Source: Candidatus Spongiisociaceae bacterium (GTDB taxonomy: Bacteria > Actinomycetota > Acidimicrobiia > Spongiisociales > Spongiisociaceae). From it: 64,000 bases of DNA. Every line of letters begins with the position of its first letter. Position 1 is the stretch's first letter. A program made the translations under genes and the position numbers. Location of the stretch: positions 1,632,001 to 1,696,000 of the forward strand of contig OZ241841.1 in NCBI GenBank assembly GCA_965202665.1, given 5' to 3'. The notes under the pieces were generated by a model, which did no database searches, had not been told where the DNA came from, and saw only the letters and a list, made by a program, of their open reading frames with translations. Shown here piece by piece: positions 41,201 to 44,668 of this stretch.

Positions 41201-44200
41201 TGACTTTGGGGGACGCCGACGCCGCCCCCACCGAGATTGTCCTGTCCGCCAACCCCTCCCGCGTGGAGGAAGGGGAAAACAACCGGTCGGTATCAGTTTC
41301 CGCCGCCTGGAAGGGCTCCATAACCCGGGAGTCGGCGCTGACCATCCCGGTGACCGTTTCCGCCGGCACCGCCGAAACCTCCGACTACGACATCGCCGAC
41401 GACACCTTTGACGCGACCATCAACGGCGGGGCGGCCAGCGGTTCCGGTTCTTTCACCATCACCGTTAACAACGACCAGGTGTCCGGCGAGTCGGACAAGT
41501 TGCGGATAACCGGCGCTAAGGCGGGCTTCACCGTGGCCGCTACCGGCCTGACCTTGGGCGATGCCGACACCGCGCCCGTCGCCATCGCCCTAGAGGTGGA
41601 CGCCGACCCCGATACCGACGGCCGGCAGTCCGATGTGCCGGAGGGAACAACGGGGCGGGCGGTGAAAGTGTGGGCCGCTTTCCCAGACGGCTCTGTTCCC
41701 CGCGAGCAGTCGGTAACGGTGAATGTGGCGATAGGGGACGGGACCACCGACGGGGCGGCCGATTATTCCACCACCGGAACCGCCGGCCTGCAGGTGACCA
41801 TAGGGGCCGGAACAAGAGAGTCGGCCGTCCCCGCCTTGTTTACCCTAACCACGGTGGACGACCAGATTTCCCAAGAAACCGGGGAGGCGATAACGGTAGG
41901 CGGTTCCGTGGCCGGCGACTCCCTCAATCTGGTTTTTTCGGTCGCCGCCGCCTCGTTGGGCATCACCGACGGGGACACTCCGCCGAACCGGATTCTTTTG
42001 ACGGTGGATGCGGACGGCGGCTCCGAAGGGAATCAGAATGCGGTGGAAGAAGGGGTCAGCAACCGGCAGGTGACCGTAACGGCCGCTTTCCCGGATGGCT
42101 CGCCCACTCTGCCCGCCAACTTGGATGTGCCGGTGGTGGTGGCGGATGGCACCGCCGAATCCTCCGATTACTCGGTGAACCCCGCCAATTTCACCATCCG
42201 CATCGCCGCCGGGGCCTCCTCCAACACCGGAAACTTCACCCTCACCGTCGCCGACGACAACGTGGCGGGCGAAACCGACGCCATCGAAGTCAAAGGCGGA
42301 ACGTTGGCCGGTTATACGATTGAGAAAGCATCCATTTCCCTCACCGATGCCGACGCCGTCCCGACCAAGATCAATTTGAGCCTGGATAACACCGAAGTTG
42401 ATGAGGGAGAGATGGAAAAGATCACCATCACGGCCGCTTTCCCGGTTGGTTCGGCGGTGTTGGAAACCAAGGTGCGAGTGACGGTGATGGTTACCCCCGA
42501 CGGTTCCATCGACCCATCTGACTACGAGGTCTCCCCGAGCAGTTTCAGCATCGACATCCCGGCCGGTTCGCTGTCCTCTCAGGGTTCGTTCAATTTGACG
42601 GCGAAGGATGATGATGTGGCCGGAGAGGAGAACGACAAGGTCAAAGTCACCGGGACGGCGGACGGCTTCACTTTCAACGATCCGGTGAAGGTGGAGATCG
42701 TGGATACGGACCCCGATCCCTCCCGTATTTTGCTGAGCGTGGACAAAAACAGCGTGGATGAGGGCGAAACTGAACAGGTGACGGTGACCGCCGCCTTCGA
42801 CGGTTCCAAGTGGGACGACAACACGATGGTGAAGATTGCAGTGGGGGAAGAAGACCCCCAGGATTACACGGTGGATGAGCACAGTTTTACGGTGACCATC
42901 AACCGGGCAACTCAGAATGTTTCCCGTACGTTCCGGCTGACCGCCAACGAAGACAACGACCAAGAAAATGAACAGATCTTCATCACCGGCACGGAAGAAT
43001 CGGTGAAGGAGTTCAAGGTGGTGCGAGCCGAGATAACCATCAACGACGACGATTCCAGCGCCAACCCGCCCCGGGTGGAGAATCCGACGGTTGACCCTCC
43101 GCCGCCCCCGCCGACTGACCCTCCGCCGCCCCCGCCCCCCCCGCCGCCCCCAACCGGGCCGCCCGTCCTCCCCGCCGCCCCGGCGCAGTCGCCGTCGTCG
43201 GATGCCTCGTTACGGAGTTTGCGGGTGTCGCCCGGCACGTTGAGCCCCGGGTTCGCCCCGGCGACGCTGGGATACACGGTGGCGGTGTCGGCCAACGTGT
43301 GGACCTTGCAAGTGGCGGCGGTTCCCAACCATGCCGCGGCCCGGGCCGCCATCGACGGGACAACGCTTTCCGGGGCGCACAGCGTTTTCCTCGGTTCGGA
43401 CCGCAAGACCATCGACGTGGTGGTGACCGCCGAAGACGGCTCCACCGTGCGGACCTACCGGCTGAATATCACCCGCGGCACCGGTCCCGGGTTCGCCGAT
43501 TCGCTGTCCGCCCTGACCGCCTGCACCGGGGCCGCCCTGCGCCCCTTCGGGTTTGAGGACGTGGCCGGATGGTTTTCCGAAAACGACATCAACTGCATCG
43601 GTTACTACGGAATAACTTTGGGGCGCTCCGCCACCCGGTTTGCGCCGTCGGAGGTGGTGTCTCGGTGGCAGATGGCCCTGTTCCTGTTCCGGGCGGCCGG
43701 GCCGGCCGGGGTGACGTTGCCGGCGGCGGAAGATCAGGGATTCACCGACATAGAAGGTCTGTCGGAGGAGGCGATGCGGGCCGCCAATATGATGGCCCAG
43801 CTGGGGGTGATGCCCGGCTCCGGCGGCAAGTTCAACCCGCAGGGCAAGATTTCCCGGGCGGCGATGGCTTTGATGTTGGACAGTTTCCTGGGGTTGGTCA
43901 CGGTGGGGGAGGGCGGGGTGGCCCGGGACAGCGTGCAACCCGACGAGGTGCTGTTCGCCGACATCGGCGCCCTGTCCGAAGCCAACCAGTTGGCGATCAG
44001 GCGCATTTTTGAATTGGGAGTGACCCGCGGAACCTCCACCACCGAGTTCCGCCCCGGCAATTCGGTGACCAGGGGGCAGATGGCCCAGTTCATCGCCCGC
44101 GCCCTGGCCCACACCATCGCCCGCCCGGTCGGGGTGAGCATCCAAACCGACCCGTCCACCCGGGAGGGCGGCCGGGTGGATGTGGTGGTTTCAGTGCGGG

Positions 44201-44484
44201 ACGAAGACTTCCGGCCGGTAACCGGGGCGCGGGTGGATATGTTCACCGCCCGCGACCGGAACTCCGCTTTCACCGACGACGGAGCCTGCATAGCGGCCCA
44301 GGTGGCCAAAGTGGGCGGCTCGCGGGCGTGCGCCATCGACGGTTCGGATCGGGCGACCGGTCCCACCGGCGACATCCGGGTGAAAACGGCCCGCACCGTC
44401 GGAACCACCATCTGGGCCTGGCGGGCCGCCGCCGGAGCCCAACTGAACGACTCCCGCCCCGCCGCCCAACTGACCTTCCGCTAA
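20242..44484 (+). CDS. Giant (8,080 aa) secreted surface protein/adhesin: signal peptide, roughly 60 Calx-beta-like repeats, Pro-rich linker, cadherin-like beta-sandwich, SLH-like domains
   Basis: Uninterrupted ORF; RRR plus hydrophobic signal; ~115-130-aa repeats with TA-x-x-DF/Y, DDxxxEGxETxxV and TIxDxD; DASLRSL...VTAEDGST.RTY.L.ITR; FEDV...GITLGRS..RFAP..VSRWQMALFL and GVTRGTS..EFRPG..VTRGQMAQFI. Confidence 0.9.
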   Translation: MIRSSYSIRRRLAACGLAVLMGFSTAIGPAQSPVAASGVPGAESAADSESPLPPDPAPQPPAPGESEPGDGGDEGGAGDPGGDPQPEEGVGGQPGDDGQPGDGNEEPTGEEQQSAPALVLSVDSDPEAEGDQTRVEEGRAALFIVSAAFAENRPGLEEDVVVTVSVGGQGGVGQAEVEDFNAVEDFTVTIPAGQTVGWAEFTLEAIDDLVVEGEETVDVTGTAESYGITDVTGALVTIVDNDSDQPPTPPPAPPADLIVSGQADPAVAVSLSVDAQAASGEQAYVEEGEQRTVTVKAVLPDGESGLAEAATFTVAIAADTAENSDFTAPASASVTIAAGQTSGTATFTFQAAADTVLEGPETVSLTSTLAGYSVSPASLTIKDEDAAFTVTANPTAVGESAGATSIGLTVSFPNAVTSELAEQTQISFSAAGDGAAAGTDFAAISDFTAALAASAVTASATATITPVDDVIDETSPERVNFTGSLFGRTASAAVAITDDDDTPAVINLATDVSSASGEQTVLAENAGATSVTVSAEFASGTAVETDTVLSLRMSQPVSTDFSLTIPKNQVRGTASVSVTPADNNRAGDAPQTVTVSLRGTSSYTVNQAEFTIEDDEEAVVNLQALPCNPESAIVSEGGSQNACWLLSARLPTGTVAANTVTVRELNFTAGTATYGSDADFNVIYPGSPQGTQDYVRIPANSNGSNRNALFNIAVVDDSVRDEGAETIVIGGKADQGFTVRTASINIYDNDNSPNRINLVVDGSDTFHGSQPSVPEGSANQRVKVTAVYADRTARSSATAVTVSVAGAGGAYGAEAADFTAVNDFTVTIPANQISGDATFDLTTVDDDLLEGPEDMSLSGSATGFTVNGTKLIIDDNETTPTVDLSVDAQPAVGAQSYVDEGSTRTVTVTAAVPVGAAALTSAATFTVAIAADTAEAGDFTVPATVDVTIAANARSGTAVVSFQAAADTVLEGPETVSFTSSLAGYAVNPASLTIRDQNSRFRLGISSTAVAENAAPVSLTLSVEFPNAQSSELTEETQFAVTVTGDGAVAGTDFANIPNFTIPVAPGSLRGSKAVTFTPTDDAIRETAAERAKFTVSWFGQAASVYVAITDNDPAPTAINIYVDTSSDSGLQTSLAEDGGVQTVTVIAEFASGALDSDTVLRMDISGGTAQPTANGPPRDFFFRGGIDNDLIIPKNQTRGTTTFRIEPVNNDWTDLSERTLHVGLRGTSYRVKHAVLTIQDDEPAVINLSVRAVKCQPSDSAPNSPDRMGEGDGTVCFEVSGALPSGVVAGADVTVSDLTFTGGTAVAGTDFTAAFPDAGRKNISIGRGHGGRVTPARVNITALDDSVRDEGFETIVIHGRAAGYAVRSIAVNLGDNDTSYNLIILKVDADAAINGCQPSLGEGVSGQSVTVFASYANPNLRLFGPATITMSVAAAGGARRAEANDFTAVPNFTITIPRGQASASGTFTLTTADDQRVEGAEDLAITGTASRFIVAGSVVTIDDDDAPPAIALRVDADRAVDGTQTSIGEASAAVTAQVTAEVPGGKTFESDVAITVSVDGNGGTGEAEAADFAAVNDFTVTIPAGQSSGSATFTLDPVEDDYAEGAETIAVSGVATTAGVRITGASLQIDDNDAAPTGASLTVDLDGGTPGLQTAIGEGDAAATATVAVRLPDGSKTFESDTVVTVTIAGEATAGKAEAADFTTGLSNNRLPLTIPAGGREASGTFTLTIVDDQVVDVTPETITLSGSADRSGLAITGTAVTIDSDNDSRPAALSLAVDTDTSTPAVQTSVAEGASRTVQVTASLPSGSATLETDTEVTVTVSTDGAATAEANDFSTTGLTNGNLTVTIPGGSRSASATFTLAAADDNVGGEGAETVFLSGSAAGFTSASASFTITDGDRISVAVEGNLISSTQRRVLTAAEGSGPYTGAHVGVRVMPPAESTSPQLTFEEDAVFTVRITADGAATAEADDFSTDQPGDSLQITILAGQVEGSGTFTLTVTDDDWYDGEETIALVGSTALPGVGMAHGMSAFFTITDNETAPVITLAVDTDLVVLGEQDYIPEAASNRKVKVTASVPSGSADRESDTVINVSSAPTGARPAVSPSEYSFSAWGDDGSMQLTLPRGSNQVTGYFSLSTYGDSDTEGSETFSITGQAAGFTTNSAVVTIDDSNNPSVIYLRVDLDSDEAGAQKTAAEGTTVTANVAVSFPVGASALSTARPVRVSLVGAGGTAWAETTDFAAVAPFDVTISSGDTIGRGSFQLQLLDDAVADVLPELIEVSGSSSGWTVRNDFIGIDQDNDSFPEVDLSVNPLSSAEGADPEVTVSASLTGSATLEEDIPVTVSVDGSAGRGMASSDDFDAVTDFTLAVGQTSRTGSASFNLTGTDDNVAGEGAEKLLISGSVPYTGVTVTVNGVEMTITDGDSSPTVINLSVDADDETTGVQSSVTEGAAAATVRVTASFPEGSAVLASKTTVRVSVSGGGGTGQGEAADFTAVTAFDLEIPAGADRGSATFALSTVQDDYAEGAETLTVSGTASGFTVNNGSVTIDDDDALASFTLSVDADTGVNGTQTGLGEGSAAKTAQVTASLPNGSKTFESDTVITVSVDGNGGAGEAEAADFAPVTDFSLTVAAGATSGTATFTFDPTEDDYAEGTEKITVSGTTARAGVGVTSAELEISDNDAAPAAAVLTVDLDADNSGDQDTIGEGDAAVTATVKAALPSGSKTFESDTAITVTVTGEGTNGKAESSDFSTDQANDSFKVTISAGQTSGSGTFTLTIADDNVADVVSETITVSGSADRAGLSVTGDAITIDSDNDTGPAAISLGVDASSDTGVQTAVAEQSAAHPLTVSASFPNGSNVYETDTVITLSATGVTAVAADFSLASTSSGVTVLKLAIPAGQTTVSDSSSFQLTAVDDNIAEQAETLTIGGSATGFTVSGVTMTINDDDSAPTAINLSLDVDSETVGEQTEVTEGDAATAVTVKASLAGSVVLTTATVVKVTVAGTSASAADFTAVPSFNITIPAGSSSATGTFTLTVADDNIVESSESLTVSGTTAAAGFTAVNGAALTIADNDAAPTSIILTLNPASVGEDDGATSIDVTASFPAGSPALTTATVATVSVAGSTATSGTDFGAVSSFNVSIAAGATSGMGTFTFTPTNDTVAGEGTETATVSGAAAGFSFTNAALSIADNDAKPSNIILTVDTDGETTGDQSEVAEDAGSVTVSVTAALPAGSPTLASATEITVKLVGEAPREGAVDERDVVLGLAKGKTAHATGYDYSSNKTNDTFTITIPAGSLSHSGDFTLTVEDDSLQEGSETFKVTGSATGFMFNSSPTVTITDNETSSISLFFSDNRGERYPFSYADLLQEGIHTRTDVPYWPGGVPQIPFTIQVMTSKAVGETYRDINVITSGAAKGGVDTDTSRDYTLYWAEYTPNGRFRIQRGAKVSLYGGDTQVPTQAIRIYDDNIAEGDETIILTGRSSTGSSNTLTFTIKDNDVAPTVINLAVDTNISTSAVSETSLMEGDSATTVEVTASFPANSAVLPHPTTVAVSVADNTATSRDHLAVPSFNVVIPALKSSGSARFTFTLVDDAIVEGSETLDITGAVSGFTVNSAMITIKDNETITLSVDTDGTEDGDQTAVDEGATDQTVTVTAAFDADQTVLTGATAVTASVAGGGTDPASASDYTAVNDFTITIPAGSLSATATFDLTAAADNIAGEGTETLSVSGALTGYTINGAAISINDLTAAPNQLVFTLDADTGTSGNQTSIGEGIANRTVQVSAAFPVGSTVWESDLSIPATVGAGTAESADYSVTGGTFNLTIPGGGTSSNAKTFTLTTVDDNVAGETDALSVGSSLAGYTVTPASLTITDADSKPTQITLSAATTHQTADDSVEEGTSDTVTVTAAFTGSIVLETALSAPVVVAKGTSEGAADYTASSASFNISIPANSSSGSANFTLTAVDDNVAGETDAIAVNGGTLAGYTITGTTVKLIDKDIAPTNIALKLDADADSEGAQTSLGEGTSNRTVRVWAEWVNTSLQLEKKLTIPVTVAAGTAETGDYSVTGGSFNVILPGASQTASTHSFTLTVNDDDVAGETDALSVGGTLAGYTIAAASLTLGDSDAKPTGIALSIVTDHQTADDSVDEGTSGTVTVTASFPSDGSVLETALAVPVVIADGTTDGSSDYAASPSSFNVSIPANSRSGNKNFTLNAKDDDVADGTEEVTVKGGTLAGYLISSDKVKILDGDTAPSVINLTIDADSGTDGAQTSIGEGVSNRSVSVWASFPDGSAVLESDLTVPVVVAAGTAESADYSVGDDSFDVTIGAGTRRSATAASFTLTTADDDLSGESDALSIKGGTLAGYTINPASLTISDADAAPTVITLTIDADANTNGNQTSVDEGVSGRGVRVWASFPAGSVPREADVKVPITVAAGTAESSDYSVDDAALEVTIGAGTLTSATPDSFSLQVRNDNVAGESDALTVKGGTLAGFTIGTAQLSLGDADALPSQIALSTNPTSVAEDGTARSVSVWAELPSTGPVLESALSVPVVVAEGTAEAGDYAVDNATFNVTIGAGRHKSASAGTFNLTVNDDNVAGEKDKIKVGGGTLSGYTITAAEVSLGDADALPSQVILSVDADPGTDGAQTSVGEGVSGRSVSVWAELPSAGPVLESALSVPVAVAAGTAEASDYSITGNTFSVTIGAGTRKSTTAGTFSLTVNDDDVAGESDVLSVGGGSLAGYTITAANLTLGDSDTAPTAITLSASPGNVAEGTANRSVSVTAAWQGSLVRESAVTVPVTVAAGTAEASDYSIVDNTFDVTISAGAASGSGSFSLTVNDDDVAGESDRLSVTGSKAGFTIASAGVTLGDSDAKPSQVTLSVDADSGTDGAQTSVGEGVSGRSVSVWAELPSGGSVLETALSVPVVVAAGTAESSDYAIVDNTFNVTIGAGTRKSASAGTFSLTVNDDNVAVETDVLSVGGGVLAGYTITAANLTLGDSDTAPTAITLSASPGNVGEGTANRSVSVTAAWQGSLVRESAVTVPVTVAAGTAEASDYSIVDNTFDVTISGGAASGSNSFSLTVNNDDVAGEADRLSVTGSKAGFTIASAGVTLDDSDTLPSQITLSIDADPDTDGAQTSVEEGVSGRSVSVWAELPSGGPVLEASLSVPVAVAAGTAEASDYSIVDNTFNVTIGAGTHKSATAGTFSLTVNDDDVSGESDVLSVGGGSLAGYTITAADLTLGDSDTPLTEVTLTLDADPDTGGAQTSVGEGVSGRSVSVWAAFPAGSTPREVDVKVPVVVAAGTAEAGDYSIVDNTFEVTIGAGTLQSATAGTFSLTVNDDNVAGESDKLSVGGGSLAGYTITAADLTLGDSDTAPTAITLSANPGNVAEGTANQSVSVTAAWQGSVVRESAVTVPVTVAAGTAEAGDYSIADNTFDVTISGGAASGSGSFSLTVNDDDVAGESDRLSVTGAKAGFSITSAGVTLGDADTLPSQITLSVDADPGTSGVQTSVGEGVSGRSVSVWAELPSGGPVLESSLSVPVVVAAGTAEAGDYSITDNTFDVTIGAGTHKSASAGTFSLTVNNDNVAVESDVLSVEGGSLAGYTITAASLTLGDSDTEPTAITLSASPGSVAEGTANRSVSVTAAWQGSVVRESAVTVPVTVAAGTAEAGDYSIADNTFDVTISGGAASGSGSFSLTVNNDDVAGESDRLSVTGAKAGFSITSAGVTLGDADTMPSQITLSVDADPGTDGTQSSVGEGVSGRSVSVWAELPATGPVLESALAVPVAVSAGTAEASDYAIVDNTFNVTIGAGTHKSASAGTFSLTVNDDNVAGESDVLSVGGGSLAGYTITAADLTLDDSDTAPTAITLSASPGSVDEGTANQSVLVSAAWQGSVVRESAVTVPVTVAAGTAESSDYSIADNTFDVTIGGGAASGSGSFSLTVNNDDVAGEADRLSVTGSKQGFSITSTGVTLGDADTLPSQITLSIDADPDTGGAQSSVGEGVSGRSVSVWAELPSAGPVLESSLSVPVAVAAGTAETSDYAIVDNTFNVTIGAGTHKSATAGTFSLTVNDDNVAGETDVLLVGGGTLAGYSFTAADLTLDDSDTLPSQITLTIDADSGTDGAQSSVGEGVSGRSVSVWAELPATGPVLESALAVPVAVSAGTAEASDYSIVDNTFNVTIGAGTHKSASAGTFSLTVNDDNVAGETDVLSVGGGTLAGYSFTAASLTLDDSDTAPTAITLSANPGSVDEGTANQSVSVTAAWQGSVVRESALTVPVTVAAGTAESSDYSIVDNTFDVTISGGAASGSGSFTLTVNNDDVAGESDRLSVSGAKAGFTITSAGVTLGDADAKPTSIKILVDADPDTDGAQTSIGEGVSGRSVSVWAEFPSTGPVLESDVTVDVSVTAGTAQAADYSTSGTSGLQVTIGAGGRRATAASFTLNTVDDSIAGESNEAITISGSVSGDASYTFTAAALSITDGDSPPSRIILTVDTDPGTAGSQTNIAEGISNRTVTVTAAFPAGSPTLLTDLRTPVVVEADTAEASDFSVSGGSFTITIASGASSATGTFTLTAADDDLSGESDAIAVKGGVLAGYTIVPASISITDADAAPTKITVTVDVDGSTDGLQTKITEQGPPQTVSVWAEFPDGSTPMESSVSVAVSVEDGTAESDDYVVTGGSFNVTIGGGTRKSATAGTFTLDANEDTVFGEKDAVLVDGTLAGFTVTDAEITIIDSAIAFLDRRVSNPEEDPEEDPPPTTLYPTAIKLTVDTHPGENGAQTSVGEGVSARSVSVWAEFTNGGAGSVFENDQTVAVTVAAGTAEESDYSITDSTFNVVIGAGTRKSATPGTFLLTVADDNVAGETDALLVGGTLGAFTVAGAQVTLGDSDTKPSSVALTVSPTSAAEDGTARTVSVWAELPSTGPVLESALTVPVVVAKGTAETSDYTVDDADFNVTIGAARHKSAAAGSFTLTVRNDDVGGEDDKLQIKGAALSGFTITPAALTLGDADAAPTEIVLSANPSRVEEGENNRSVSVSAAWKGSITRESALTIPVTVSAGTAETSDYDIADDTFDATINGGAASGSGSFTITVNNDQVSGESDKLRITGAKAGFTVAATGLTLGDADTAPVAIALEVDADPDTDGRQSDVPEGTTGRAVKVWAAFPDGSVPREQSVTVNVAIGDGTTDGAADYSTTGTAGLQVTIGAGTRESAVPALFTLTTVDDQISQETGEAITVGGSVAGDSLNLVFSVAAASLGITDGDTPPNRILLTVDADGGSEGNQNAVEEGVSNRQVTVTAAFPDGSPTLPANLDVPVVVADGTAESSDYSVNPANFTIRIAAGASSNTGNFTLTVADDNVAGETDAIEVKGGTLAGYTIEKASISLTDADAVPTKINLSLDNTEVDEGEMEKITITAAFPVGSAVLETKVRVTVMVTPDGSIDPSDYEVSPSSFSIDIPAGSLSSQGSFNLTAKDDDVAGEENDKVKVTGTADGFTFNDPVKVEIVDTDPDPSRILLSVDKNSVDEGETEQVTVTAAFDGSKWDDNTMVKIAVGEEDPQDYTVDEHSFTVTINRATQNVSRTFRLTANEDNDQENEQIFITGTEESVKEFKVVRAEITINDDDSSANPPRVENPTVDPPPPPPTDPPPPPPPPPPPTGPPVLPAAPAQSPSSDASLRSLRVSPGTLSPGFAPATLGYTVAVSANVWTLQVAAVPNHAAARAAIDGTTLSGAHSVFLGSDRKTIDVVVTAEDGSTVRTYRLNITRGTGPGFADSLSALTACTGAALRPFGFEDVAGWFSENDINCIGYYGITLGRSATRFAPSEVVSRWQMALFLFRAAGPAGVTLPAAEDQGFTDIEGLSEEAMRAANMMAQLGVMPGSGGKFNPQGKISRAAMALMLDSFLGLVTVGEGGVARDSVQPDEVLFADIGALSEANQLAIRRIFELGVTRGTSTTEFRPGNSVTRGQMAQFIARALAHTIARPVGVSIQTDPSTREGGRVDVVVSVRDEDFRPVTGARVDMFTARDRNSAFTDDGACIAAQVAKVGGSRACAIDGSDRATGPTGDIRVKTARTVGTTIWAWRAAAGAQLNDSRPAAQLTFR
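34090..39400 (+). repeat. Intragenic near-identical tandem array of 384-bp (A) and 348-bp (B) modules
   Basis: The landmark GAGGG(G/A)GTGAG recurs near 34166, 34898, 35630, 36014, 36746, 37478, 38210, 38594 and 39326 (spacings 732,732,384,732,732,732,384,732). Confidence 0.92.
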
Positions 44485-44668
44485 CCGGGCTTCCGGCGCG
44501 ATTTCCCGGCCAAAACCATTTATGTCGCACGCCCGCGGCTAGTATGGGCGCATCGCCCGCCGGGGTTCGGCGCGCGATGTCGAACAATCTAAAATGACCG
44601 GGCAAACAGGTTGATGCGGTGGGTTGCGAACCACCTCGGAGCAGACGAAACAGGAGGAAGCGAAAGTG

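Noticed and set aside
20242-44484. Diversity-generating retroelement acting on the giant gene
   Set aside because: No reverse transcriptase in the window, and differences between repeat copies appear mostly synonymous and not confined to adenines.
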